Source: an uncultured Leptospirales bacterium (GTDB lineage: Bacteria > Spirochaetota > UBA4802 > UBA5550). Taken from it: DNA of 64,000 nucleotides. Both the position numbers and the translations under genes were made by a program. A model generated the notes under the pieces. That model was not told where the DNA came from, made no database searches, and saw only the letters and a list, made by a program, of their open reading frames with translations. The stretch lies in NCBI GenBank assembly GCA_964645775.1, contig CAZYBU010000005.1, positions 13,339-77,338 of the forward strand, written 5' to 3'. Below are positions 19,154 through 28,112 of this stretch, one piece after another (the stretch's first letter is position 1; every line of letters starts with the position of its first letter).

Positions 19154-20518
19154 ATGGGTAATGATATAGTCTGCAAGTTCGGAGGCACTTCGCTATCCAG
19201 CGCCGAACAGATAGAGAAGGTACGCAGGATAGTGGCCGATGACAGAAGAAGAAATTACGTGGTTGTCTCAGCCCCGGGACGCCAGAATCCGGGAGAGACG
19301 AAGATAACGGACCATCTCCACAATATCGCCACAGAGGGCGCCCACTGCAGGGGGGACGGAATTTCGGCTGATGACAGCGCCCGGTTTGTCCAGGAACGGT
19401 TTTCATCGATTATAAACGACCTGGGGATCGAAGGCGATGACATACGTAAAAACCTGGCAGAGGATCTTCGAATAAATATGACCGGTGAGAGAAAGATCGA
19501 TTATCTCGCATCAAGGGGTGAGCATTATAATGCCAAGATCATAAGCCGGTACTTCACGAGCAAGGGGATGAAGGCGGAAGAGCAGCTTCCAGAAGAGATA
19601 GGATTCGTGACGACAGATAAATTCGGTGACGCTTCGATCCTTCCCGAAACCTATGGGAACATCCGCGACATGGAAGATAATGACATAATTTCCGTGATTC
19701 CTGGATATTACGGTATAACCCGGGATGATGATATTGCCGTCCTATCTCGGGGAGGGTCAGACCTTACGGCCGGGGAGGTCGCCTATGCCATCGACGCGGT
19801 CCTGTACGAAAACTGGACTGATACCGATGGCATTTACCAGGTAGATCCCCGGCTCATACCTGGAGCGGGTATCATACCCAATCTCACTTATAAGGAGATA
19901 CGGCTCCTCTCCTCCCAGGGGTTTAATGTCTTTCATTATGACGCCATGATGAATTGCCGGAGGAAGAACATCCCCATACGAATCAGGAACACCAATAACC
20001 TGCAGGCGGAAGGAACCATGATTGTGGATGAGAGGGTGCCCAACGAAGCGGTCGTGGGGATCGGCAGGCTGGACAATATGGCCTATGTCTATATTGAGAA
20101 GTTCATGATGGGCGAAGAGATCGGTTTCACGCGGGAGTTGCTCCAGATATTCAAGGAATATGATATAAATACCTACCACTATCCCACGGACAGGGACGAT
20201 ATCGCTATTATCGTCGACCAGGATGATCTCATGGGTAAGACCTCTTATCTGAAGGAGGAGATCGAAAAGGTCTTGAAACCGGATACCGTGGATATCAAGT
20301 ATAATCTGTCGGTTATTTCACCGGTAGGTCTCGGTATGAAAGATCACCCGGGGATACTGGCGCGGGCGGCCAGCGCCTTCCGGGACCGTAACATCAATAT
20401 TGATATTGTTGTACAGGGACCCGCCCAGATCAGTTTCCATTTCGGCATACACGGGTATTTCGGCGATGATGGACTCAAGGCCCTCTATGAAAACCTTATA
20501 GAGAACCCCGATATTTAG
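19154..20518 (+). CDS. ask: Aspartate kinase (ectoine-cluster-associated)
   Basis: VCKFGGTSL N-terminus, GGSDLTA motif and C-terminal ACT region, directly after ectC. Confidence 0.85.
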   Translation: MGNDIVCKFGGTSLSSAEQIEKVRRIVADDRRRNYVVVSAPGRQNPGETKITDHLHNIATEGAHCRGDGISADDSARFVQERFSSIINDLGIEGDDIRKNLAEDLRINMTGERKIDYLASRGEHYNAKIISRYFTSKGMKAEEQLPEEIGFVTTDKFGDASILPETYGNIRDMEDNDIISVIPGYYGITRDDDIAVLSRGGSDLTAGEVAYAIDAVLYENWTDTDGIYQVDPRLIPGAGIIPNLTYKEIRLLSSQGFNVFHYDAMMNCRRKNIPIRIRNTNNLQAEGTMIVDERVPNEAVVGIGRLDNMAYVYIEKFMMGEEIGFTRELLQIFKEYDINTYHYPTDRDDIAIIVDQDDLMGKTSYLKEEIEKVLKPDTVDIKYNLSVISPVGLGMKDHPGILARAASAFRDRNINIDIVVQGPAQISFHFGIHGYFGDDGLKALYENLIENPDI

Positions 20519-21480
20519 CTTTCATTTTTCCGGATTACACCCGGAGGGATAGACCCGTCAGGGTCACCGTCAGGGTCACCGTCAGGGTCAGACCCTCCCG
20601 AGATAAAGCGGTATCCATGCGTTTTAATGCCATGATCCTTCAACTCGGTAAAAAGTCTCTCTCTTAGTTCGGACCGGAGGGTCCATGCGTTGTAGAACTT
20701 TGTCCAGATAGCGACCCAGCATTCTGTCGATTCAGGATGCATATCCATTACCCAGAAACTGGGTTCTTCAACCGGATTGGTCAGTTCATGGTTGCGGGTA
20801 ATCTCAAGAGCAATTTCTCTGGCCAGCTCAAGGTTGGCGTCCGGGGCAACATGGAATGTGATGTAGGTCCACTGATCGCCGTTCTCCAGAGAATAGTTGA
20901 TAAATTCCTTTTTTAAGAAGCTGCTGTTGGGTATAATATATCTTCTCCAGTCCCAGATCTTTATGACTGTATGGCTCAGGGTAATATCCTCTACGGTTCC
21001 GTACTGTTTATCGATATAGATTGTGTCTCCGGTATTGATTTGCCGTGAAAAAGAGATTACCACGCCGGAAATAACGTTCTCGATCAGGGGACGAGCCGCT
21101 ATGCCGAGAAGGACAGCGAAGGCTGTTGAAAGCAGGGAGAGGACCGTTGTCGACATGGTTCCAAGGAAAGGAGCCATAAGGGCCAGTATCCACACCAGGG
21201 TTAAAAGGAAATAGAACATCCTCCGGATGATGCTGAACCGGTTTATGGTAGACTCTATGGCGTTCATTCGCGCCTGACGTTGATTGAAGCGGGCGGGGGT
21301 TCCTTCAGAAAGGGGAGAGAACTCTTTCTGGGCCTTCAACTCCATCCGTCTTCTCTGCTCCGTGTTTTCAATAAACCTGCGGAGTAACCAGAAGAGTAAA
21401 GGGCCCAGAAGACCAATCATGCCCAGATAGAGGATAGTATCATAACCGATTGTTGATATGATTAAACGGAGAAAATCCAT
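20515..21480 (-). CDS. MscS-family mechanosensitive channel with a repetitive acidic tail
   Basis: TM segments are followed by the MscS beta-domain (GDTIYIDKQYGTVEDITLSHTVIKIWD). The C-terminus reads GGSDPDGDPDGDPDGS. Confidence 0.8.
   Translation of the reverse strand: MDFLRLIISTIGYDTILYLGMIGLLGPLLFWLLRRFIENTEQRRRMELKAQKEFSPLSEGTPARFNQRQARMNAIESTINRFSIIRRMFYFLLTLVWILALMAPFLGTMSTTVLSLLSTAFAVLLGIAARPLIENVISGVVISFSRQINTGDTIYIDKQYGTVEDITLSHTVIKIWDWRRYIIPNSSFLKKEFINYSLENGDQWTYITFHVAPDANLELAREIALEITRNHELTNPVEEPSFWVMDMHPESTECWVAIWTKFYNAWTLRSELRERLFTELKDHGIKTHGYRFISGGSDPDGDPDGDPDGSIPPGVIRKNES
20557..20592. repeat. Three tandem 12-nt units (GTCAGGGTCACC x2 + GTCAGGGTCAGA)
   Basis: Read directly. 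It encodes the DPDG repeats of the MscS tail and runs into a GGGTCAGACCC copy. Confidence 0.9.
20585..20595. repeat. GGGTCWGACCC palindrome copy (W=A)
   Basis: Exact 11-mer in the MscS tail, decoded G-S-D-P. It is part of the 13-bp palindrome AGGGTCAGACCCT. Confidence 0.95.
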
Positions 21481-21576
21481 ATCAGGAAACAGTTCTGCTC
21501 CTTTTGTTTAGCATTGATAATTAAGACAATCCGACGTTGGCATGTACGTACAGTATAATCTTTGTATAATCCAGTA

Positions 21577-22854
21577 TCAAGGTTTTTTCTCAGATAGGAC
21601 CGAACCCTTCAGATACTGACCGGTCCAGGTCAGTCGAACGGTAAAGAACCTGTTCCGTTCCAGAGGAACATCCGTTTGCACGGGCAGATAGTACTCCGTG
21701 TGACCGGTACTGCCATCCTGCCGAATCTGCTCAGTCAAAAGCCATGCTTTTCGTCCATGAAAGCCAGCATGGTAGGCTCTCTTTTGATCCGCATAGAGAT
21801 CAATAAGTTCCCTGCTTCTACGGATTTTTACCTCCTCTGGTACAGTATCTTTCATCTGATAGGCGGGAGTGCCGGGCCGGGGAGAAAACCGGAAAGTGTG
21901 AACATGGGTAAAATTTGCCTTCCGGACAAGATCAAGGGTCAGAGCAAAGTCTTCGTCATCCTCTCCGGGAAACCCCGTGATGATATCTGTTGTGAGATTG
22001 AAATCGGGTGAAATCTTCCTGATTTTCTGAACAATACGCAGGTAATCGTCCCGGCTGTACCCTCTTTTCATGCGAGAGAGAATTCTGTCACTTCCGCTTT
22101 GCAGAGATAGGTTCATGTGATGTACTATGCCATCCTCTCCCATCAAGGGGGTCAGACCCTCAGGATAATAACGTGGGGAGATGGAGGGAATATGGATGCG
22201 ACAATCCTTGCGGAGAGGAAGAAGGGCTTCAACGAGGCCTGCCAGGTCCCTTGATCCATCTTTGTACTGACCTGTCTGTACGCCGGTCAGAATAACTTCC
22301 TTAGTTCCATGCTCAACCAGCTTATTGAACTCTTCAAGTATACTATGCATTGGACGACTGACCGGTTTACCTCTCAGATAGGGGATAAGGCAGTAGGAAC
22401 AGAAAGAGTTGCAGCCGTCCTGTATCTTCAGGTTGATCCTGTTTCTTCGGGCATCCAGGGGAGAAGCGAAACCGAAACGATTTCCTTTTATACTATTCAG
22501 ATCAGATGGGTCAATTTTACCGTTGATTATTCCTGGGATAAGATGTTTCCGGTCATTCGATAGGTGCAGGATACCATCTCGCATACCCTCTTTATCGGAG
22601 CCGCATCCGGCAAGTATGATAAGTCCGCCATGAGACATTGCTCTTCTGGCGCGATACAAAAGGTTCCGGGTCTTGCGTTCACTTCGTAGAGTGACTGCGC
22701 ATGAATTAATAATACAGATCGTTGCTTCCCGTCGGGAATCAACGATCCGATGGCCATCCTGAATAAGGGAAGTACGGATGGATTCAATCTCGGACTGGTT
22801 CAGCCTGCAACCGATGGATGATATGTGTATCCTTTTCATTTTTGGTGGGGCCAT
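21577..22854 (-). CDS. mtaB: Radical-SAM methylthiotransferase (MiaB/MtaB family)
   Basis: N-terminal UPF0004 cysteines (GCRLNQ, NSCAV), the radical-SAM CxxxCxxC motif (CNSFCSYC) and a C-terminal TRAM-like region. Confidence 0.8.
   Translation of the reverse strand: MAPPKMKRIHISSIGCRLNQSEIESIRTSLIQDGHRIVDSRREATICIINSCAVTLRSERKTRNLLYRARRAMSHGGLIILAGCGSDKEGMRDGILHLSNDRKHLIPGIINGKIDPSDLNSIKGNRFGFASPLDARRNRINLKIQDGCNSFCSYCLIPYLRGKPVSRPMHSILEEFNKLVEHGTKEVILTGVQTGQYKDGSRDLAGLVEALLPLRKDCRIHIPSISPRYYPEGLTPLMGEDGIVHHMNLSLQSGSDRILSRMKRGYSRDDYLRIVQKIRKISPDFNLTTDIITGFPGEDDEDFALTLDLVRKANFTHVHTFRFSPRPGTPAYQMKDTVPEEVKIRRSRELIDLYADQKRAYHAGFHGRKAWLLTEQIRQDGSTGHTEYYLPVQTDVPLERNRFFTVRLTWTGQYLKGSVLSEKKP
22149..22159. 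repeat. GGGTCWGACCC palindrome copy (W=A)
   Basis: Exact 11-mer in mtaB, decoded G-L-T. Confidence 0.95.
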
Positions 22855-22969
22855 TTGATGGGTTCATTGATGGGGCCAGACCCTGGCGCCAGAATAGTAT
22901 GTGTAAAAAATACGTGCTCTAATAAAAATTAGCTGATTGTGATAGAGTAAAACCTACCTGAACGTGATG

Positions 22970-22980
22970 GGGTCAGACCC
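22970..22980. repeat. GGGTCWGACCC palindrome copy (W=A), intergenic
   Basis: Exact 11-mer between mtaB and cobB, within TGATGGGGTCAGACCCT. Confidence 0.95.
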
Positions 22981-23003
22981 TTATTCTGGCAAGTTTTTTA
23001 ATC

Positions 23004-23033
23004 TTGACAGAAAGCCCGATAAAAGAGTAGTAT
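23004..23033 (+). promoter_or_regulatory. Candidate sigma70-type promoter for the sirtuin gene
   Basis: TTGACA (23004-23009), 18 nt, TAGTAT (23028-23033). Confidence 0.35.
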
Positions 23034-23066
23034 TATCTGATAATAATCAGTCATGTGAAGGAAAAT

Positions 23067-23822
23067 ATGGTTCCCAGTAGTGAAATAGAAAAGGCAGCGG
23101 ATGCAATAATCAAATCGAACAGGACAGTCGCCTTTACCGGAGCAGGAGTTTCTGTAGAGAGTGGTATTCCCCCATTTCGCGGAGAAAACGGTATCTGGAA
23201 CAAGTATGATCCCACTGTCCTTGATATCTCGTATTTCCATAGCAATCCTGATGAGTCTTGGAAAATTATTAAAGACCTGTTTTATGATTTCTTCGGCTCC
23301 GCAAAACCAAATAAGGCTCATGAAGTCCTTGCATGGATGCAGGAAAAGGGTCTTCTTCATGCAGTAATCACCCAGAACATTGATAATCTGCATCATGAGG
23401 CTGGCAATACTGAAATATATGAATTTCATGGAAACAGCCGTATCCTGGTCTGCATTTCATGTCAGGAACGTGTCGATGCCGTAGAGGAGGTATTAGCCAT
23501 TCTTCCCCCTAAATGCGAGAAATGTGGGGGATTATTGAAACCGGATTTTATTTTTTTCGGTGAAGCGATACCAGAACCTGCGCGGTCGCTCTCTTTTGCA
23601 GAAGTTGATGAGGCTGATTGTTTTATAGTTATCGGAACTACTGGGGAAGTAATGCCCGCTTCCATGATCCCCCGGCTAGCAAAACAAAAAGGCGCTATAA
23701 TAATTGAGGTTAACGTATTACCTTCGCATTATACGGCAGACGTGACGGATATCTTTCTTGAAGGCAGGGCCACAGAAATGATGGATCAGCTTCATGAGGC
23801 CCTTGAAGCTCGTCTTCCCTGA
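23067..23822 (+). CDS. cobB: NAD-dependent protein deacylase (Sir2/CobB)
   Basis: GAGVSVESGIPPFRG, QNIDNLH, and Zn-ribbon cysteines (CISCQ...CEKCGG). AAGGA precedes ATG 23067, whereas the track start is GTG 23055. Confidence 0.85.
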   Translation: MVPSSEIEKAADAIIKSNRTVAFTGAGVSVESGIPPFRGENGIWNKYDPTVLDISYFHSNPDESWKIIKDLFYDFFGSAKPNKAHEVLAWMQEKGLLHAVITQNIDNLHHEAGNTEIYEFHGNSRILVCISCQERVDAVEEVLAILPPKCEKCGGLLKPDFIFFGEAIPEPARSLSFAEVDEADCFIVIGTTGEVMPASMIPRLAKQKGAIIIEVNVLPSHYTADVTDIFLEGRATEMMDQLHEALEARLP

Positions 23823-23836
23823 AAAGGTGTAACAAT

Positions 23837-25306
23837 CTATTTAAGATTGCTGTTTTTCCCTTTTATCGATTGTTGGATCAGGTCAGATTTAAGCTTCCTC
23901 AACCTATCCGAAAGGCTGACTTTGTATGTATGAGGAGAAATCAGTCGTTTATATGTTCTGTCCAACTGTTTTAGTCCCTCCCTTCTTCTGTTTGATAGTT
24001 CTTCCAGGGAATAATTATTGGAGGGTCTGACCCCATCCTCCATTACTTTTTCCAACAGGACTTCAACGCGATCATAAGATTTCATGGTAAAACCAGCTAC
24101 CTCAATTGTAGGATGATTGAATCGAACAGGTTTTCCCTCTGATGTATCTCTTTGAATATCCTCACGTTCTTCTTCGAGGATAATAAGATCAGCCTGCATC
24201 TCGTTATTCTTATAAAAACGTAATATATTCTTTCTTCCAGGATTGGTTGTCTTCTCAGATTCATTGGAGATCTTAATGCAGGGTTCAAGGGTATCACCTG
24301 TGTCCCGGGAGACAATTTTATAAACACCGGTTAATGAGGGTTCTCCCTCAGCTGTTATCAGTTTTGTACCGACTCCATAGGCATCAATTGGAGCTCCACT
24401 GTTTTTTAGCTGGTGAATAATCCACTCATCCAGTTCATTGGAGACATATATTTTTACATTGTGTAAACCAGCTTCATCCAGCATTCTGCGTCCTTCAAAA
24501 CTGAGATATTCCGGGTCCCCGCTATCCAAACGAATACCGAGGGTCTGACCCTCATAATGATCCATCTCATTAAATACCTTGATTGCATTGGGGATTCCTG
24601 ATTTCAGCGTGTCATAGGTGTCTACCAGAAGAATACAGGTATCCGGATTGAGTTTTGAGTAGGAGCGAAATGATTCGTATTCGTTTTGAAAACTCATAAT
24701 CCAGCTGTGCGCCATCGTTCCCTTAACAGGTACAGCAAGGTCCATGCCAGCACGTGTATTGGATGTTGATGATACGCCTCCAATGAAAGATGCGCGTGTG
24801 GCAGAAAGTGCACCATCAAATCCCTGTGCCCGGCGAAGACCAAATTCCAGGACAGGTTTACCTCCGGAAGACTCTGACACTCTTGCTGATTTGGTGGCGA
24901 TCAGAGTTTGAAAGTTAATGCAATTAAGCAGCATACTTTCAATGTATTGAGCTTCCAGAAGAGTTCCTTCAACCCGGATAAGAGGTTCGTTTGGGAAAAC
25001 GACGGAACCCTCCGGTGCAGCAAAAATATTGCCTGAGAATCTAAAAGATGAAAGAAAATCAATAAATTCATCCTCAAAAGTGTTTAGACTGGCCAGATAA
25101 TTGATTTCCTCTTCGCCAAATGTGAGATTTGACAGGATCTCAAGTAAGGGATTGAGACCGGCAAAAATTGCGTATCCTCCTTTAAAAGGGGCTCTACGAA
25201 AAAACATTTCGAAGATAGCCTTTCTTTCTCGAAGAAAGCGATAATAACCGGCCATCATGGTCAATTCATAAAAATCAGTAAGAAGGGAGAATTTTGAAGT
25301 AAGCAT
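23837..25306 (-). CDS. pncB: Nicotinate phosphoribosyltransferase
   Basis: LLTDFYELTMMAGY N-terminus and GTMAHSW motif, at 489 aa. Confidence 0.85.
   Translation of the reverse strand: MLTSKFSLLTDFYELTMMAGYYRFLRERKAIFEMFFRRAPFKGGYAIFAGLNPLLEILSNLTFGEEEINYLASLNTFEDEFIDFLSSFRFSGNIFAAPEGSVVFPNEPLIRVEGTLLEAQYIESMLLNCINFQTLIATKSARVSESSGGKPVLEFGLRRAQGFDGALSATRASFIGGVSSTSNTRAGMDLAVPVKGTMAHSWIMSFQNEYESFRSYSKLNPDTCILLVDTYDTLKSGIPNAIKVFNEMDHYEGQTLGIRLDSGDPEYLSFEGRRMLDEAGLHNVKIYVSNELDEWIIHQLKNSGAPIDAYGVGTKLITAEGEPSLTGVYKIVSRDTGDTLEPCIKISNESEKTTNPGRKNILRFYKNNEMQADLIILEEEREDIQRDTSEGKPVRFNHPTIEVAGFTMKSYDRVEVLLEKVMEDGVRPSNNYSLEELSNRRREGLKQLDRTYKRLISPHTYKVSLSDRLRKLKSDLIQQSIKGKNSNLK
24023..24033. repeat. GGGTCWGACCC palindrome copy (W=T)
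   Basis: Exact 11-mer in pncB, decoded G-V-R-P. Confidence 0.95.
24541..24551. repeat. GGGTCWGACCC palindrome copy (W=T)
   Basis: Exact 11-mer in pncB, decoded G-Q-T. It extends to the 15-bp palindrome GAGGGTCTGACCCTC. Confidence 0.95.
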
Positions 25307-25307
25307 A

Positions 25308-25925
25308 TTAGAGATCCGTGGTCTTGATAATTGCTGCTCCCTTATGTTTCATCGTTTCCAGGGCTTGATTTACAGAACCTGCGGGTGTATCGATGCCGCG
25401 GCAGGCGTCTTCCAGTAAATTTACTGAGAATCCAAGTTCAATGGCATCAATGACGGAATAGAGAACACATACATCCAGGGCCAGACCCCCAATGAAAAGA
25501 TGCTGAATATTCAGTGTTTTAAGGTATCCTTCAAGCCCCGTAAGAGTAACGCCGTCATTTTCTTTGAATGCTGAATATGAGTCAATAGAAGGATTCCAAC
25601 CTTTACGGATAATTAGCTTGATGGGGTCAGACCTGAGTTCTGGATGAAACTCTGCCCCTTTGCTTCCCTGGACACAATGTTCTGGCCAGAGTATCTGGTC
25701 AATACCTTCCAGATTTATAGTATCAAAGGGTTCTTTACCTGAATGGGATGAAGCAAAAGACACATGTCCTTTTGGATGCCAGTCTTGGGTCGCTATAATT
25801 GAATCAAAGTGATCCATGGATCGGTTAATGGGAGCTACGGTTTTATCGCCTTCCGGGACTTCCAGTGCACCTCCTGGACAAAAATCATTCTGTAAATCAA
25901 TAATCATTAGCGCAGTTTTATTCAT
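25308..25925 (-). CDS. pncA: Nicotinamidase (isochorismatase-family)
   Basis: ALMIIDLQNDFCPGG, WHP.GH and the catalytic LALDVCV cysteine region. Its stop is 1 nt from the pncB start. Confidence 0.85.
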   Translation of the reverse strand: MNKTALMIIDLQNDFCPGGALEVPEGDKTVAPINRSMDHFDSIIATQDWHPKGHVSFASSHSGKEPFDTINLEGIDQILWPEHCVQGSKGAEFHPELRSDPIKLIIRKGWNPSIDSYSAFKENDGVTLTGLEGYLKTLNIQHLFIGGLALDVCVLYSVIDAIELGFSVNLLEDACRGIDTPAGSVNQALETMKHKGAAIIKTTDL

Positions 25926-25998
25926 GATGATTTCCTAAATAGGATTAGTTATATACTATCAGTGTACTGTTAGTTTTGGAAGCTGTCAAGGCTACAGA

Positions 25999-26009
25999 GG
26001 GTCAGACCC
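25999..26009. repeat. GGGTCWGACCC palindrome copy (W=A), intergenic
   Basis: Exact 11-mer about 100 nt upstream of the Y1 transposase start. Confidence 0.95.
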
Positions 26010-26080
26010 ATACTCTTATAAAGCGCAAATTTGAATTTTTTAAGAAAACCCGGTAAAAATTTTTTTATTTTGGATTCTCC

Positions 26081-26122
26081 GGTCGTGTAACCAGTGAACA
26101 GGGAGGATCAAATGACACGACC
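26081..26122 (+). promoter_or_regulatory. Stem-loop enclosing the RBS and start codon of the Y1 transposase gene
   Basis: GGTCGTGT (26081-26088) is the exact reverse complement of ACACGACC (26115-26122). The 26-nt loop holds GGGAGG and ATG 26112. Confidence 0.45.
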
Positions 26123-26684
26123 ACTTCGCATTCAAAGGCCCGATCTGACTTATCATGTTGTTTCCAGATGTGTTGAAGGAATGAATCTTCTGGATACTGA
26201 TTTTTGGAAGGGAATACTTTCAGAAACAGTGAAGAGAGCGAAAAGTAAGTACAATTTTAATTGTAACTATGCTGTCATATTGGATAATCACTTCCATTTT
26301 TTGATTCACACACTGGAGGATGGCGAATCGATCTCCAGAATTATGCAATATATTAAGTCCCGATTTGCTGAGACATATAATAGAATTATGAATCGAAAGG
26401 GTGTTTTCTGGGCGGGCCGATATAAAGATAAAATTGTTGAGTTCGCGAAAAAACCTGTTGAGTATCTTTTAACTCTGATCTGGTATCTTGGTTATAATCC
26501 GGTTCGAGCAGGAAAGACTCATGATCCTCTCAAGTACAGATACAGTTCTTTCAAGTATTATATGAAGGGCAAGGTTGAGGTGGATGATTTTATATCACTT
26601 CATCCCATGTTTATGTCTTTATCCGATGATCATAACAAGAGAATTGAGATACTAAATCTGTTCAAATATGCGCAACTGGAGTAA
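26112..26684 (+). CDS. IS200/IS605-type Y1 (HUH) transposase, RAYT-like
   Basis: HUH motif in LDNHFHFLIHT and the catalytic-Tyr helix LIWYLGYNPVRAGK (the RAYT-type Y..NPV.AG signature). GGGAGG lies 5 nt before ATG 26112. Confidence 0.8.
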   Translation: MTRPLRIQRPDLTYHVVSRCVEGMNLLDTDFWKGILSETVKRAKSKYNFNCNYAVILDNHFHFLIHTLEDGESISRIMQYIKSRFAETYNRIMNRKGVFWAGRYKDKIVEFAKKPVEYLLTLIWYLGYNPVRAGKTHDPLKYRYSSFKYYMKGKVEVDDFISLHPMFMSLSDDHNKRIEILNLFKYAQLE

Positions 26685-26813
26685 TGAAAATGTTGAGATT
26701 CCTGGTGAATTCTGGAAGTTCAGAAAGTAACAAAGCCTTTTAACCGTATTTGGATAAGGAGGATGTGCTACAATATTTTTGTTGGAGTAATATAAGTTCT
26801 ATGTGGGGCAACC

Positions 26814-27962
26814 TTATTCCATATAAACTCTTGGAACACGGGAGCTGATATTACATACCATTTCATAGGGAATGGTTCCAGTTATTTCGCAGAGTTCCTC
26901 CAGAGGTATTATTTTTTTATTAATTTTACCAAAAAGAAGAACATCATCACCGTTAAAAGCAGTGCCATCCGGACCGATGTCTACCATAACCTGGTCCATA
27001 CAAATGCTTCCAGCAACCCTGTAGCGTTTACCATTTATTATGACCGGAGCGTGATTTGAAAGTAGTCTGCTGTATCCATCTCCGTATCCAACTGGTAGGG
27101 TTACAATTCGGGTCTGACCCTCAGTTCTATAAGTATGGTTATAGCTTATACCTGTTTCTGGAGGGCATACCTTGAAATATGAAACCTTTGTTTTCAATGT
27201 CATTACAGGTTGCAGCTTCATGCCGGCATATTGAACATCAGGTAAATATCCTTTTGGATCATAGCCATATAACATGATTCCGGGCCTGACTGTATTAAAG
27301 TGAGATTCTGGGTGATATAGAACTCCAGCAGAGTTGGCAATATGGATCATTTCAGGATGATTTTTTTTGCTTTCCATATAATTGATAACTTCCTGGAATC
27401 GTTTAATCTGCAACAATGTGAATTCTCTGTCTGATTCACCTTTTGCCAAATGTGAAAATATACCCTTTATCTCCAGGTGGGTCTGACCCCAGGCATGGTC
27501 AATAAACTGGTCCGCATGGTACCAGTGGACCCCGATCCTCTCCATACCTGTATCAATTTTTAAATGGACAAGTGCTCTTTTTCCCGTCTCAGCAGCTTTC
27601 CGGGCTATGGCCTCAGTTTTATCACGTGAAGAACTTGTGATTTCAATATCATATTCGATAAATGTTTCAATCTGTTCGGTGTTTATGGCTCCGAGAACAA
27701 GAATGGGGGCTGTGATTCCCCGTTGCCTCAGATAAACCCCCTCCTCCAGATAGGCTACACCAATATAATCTGCTCCCTCTTCAAGTAAGAGCCTGCTTAC
27801 TGCTTCCAGTCCGTGCCCATAAGCGTTAGCCTTGACCATTGGCATCGTCATGACTCCTGGACCAGCCATTGCTCTGGCTATGGCGAAGTTGTTCCTGAGG
27901 GCTGAAAGAGATACCTCAGCCCGGGTCGGTCTATTATGATAGGCGGTATCGATAGAAGACAT
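26814..27962 (-). CDS. alr: Alanine racemase
   Basis: PLP-lysine motif VKANAYGHG and the C-terminal ICMDQVMVD region. Confidence 0.9.
   Translation of the reverse strand: MSSIDTAYHNRPTRAEVSLSALRNNFAIARAMAGPGVMTMPMVKANAYGHGLEAVSRLLLEEGADYIGVAYLEEGVYLRQRGITAPILVLGAINTEQIETFIEYDIEITSSSRDKTEAIARKAAETGKRALVHLKIDTGMERIGVHWYHADQFIDHAWGQTHLEIKGIFSHLAKGESDREFTLLQIKRFQEVINYMESKKNHPEMIHIANSAGVLYHPESHFNTVRPGIMLYGYDPKGYLPDVQYAGMKLQPVMTLKTKVSYFKVCPPETGISYNHTYRTEGQTRIVTLPVGYGDGYSRLLSNHAPVIINGKRYRVAGSICMDQVMVDIGPDGTAFNGDDVLLFGKINKKIIPLEELCEITGTIPYEMVCNISSRVPRVYME
27110..27120. repeat. GGGTCWGACCC palindrome copy (W=T)
   Basis: Exact 11-mer in alr, decoded G-Q-T. Confidence 0.95.
27479..27489. repeat. GGGTCWGACCC palindrome copy (W=T)
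   Basis: Exact 11-mer in alr, decoded G-Q-T. Confidence 0.95.
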
Positions 27963-28101
27963 CTGTTCCTTCCATGTTTGATTATACTTGTTAGTGATTT
28001 CAGGATGGTCCCGGGTCTACAACAACTTTTTGGAGATAATACGTCGGATAATCTATGTTATAATAGCGTTTATTTCCTTCAGATATTCTAATAATAAGCA
28101 A

Positions 28102-28112
28102 GGGTCTGACCC
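28102..28112. repeat. GGGTCWGACCC palindrome copy (W=T), intergenic
   Basis: Exact 11-mer whose right half is tandemly duplicated. Confidence 0.95.

Noticed and set aside
19754-19764. A near-copy of the palindrome (GGGTCAGACCt) in the aspartokinase gene.
   Set aside because: It encodes the conserved G-G-S-D-L kinase motif, so protein-level constraint explains it. I did not count it among the 17 exact copies.
20557-20592. The 12-nt tandem repeats as a CRISPR-like or non-coding VNTR array.
   Set aside because: There are no spacers, only three units, and they are in frame inside the MscS gene, where they encode DPDG repeats.
23067-23822. The Sir2-domain gene as an anti-phage NADase defence system.
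   Set aside because: It is a short stand-alone CobB-type sirtuin with an intact Zn-ribbon and no fused or adjacent effector or sensor (no HerA, pAgo, TIR or SLOG partner). It sits beside pncA and pncB, which fits housekeeping NAD salvage.
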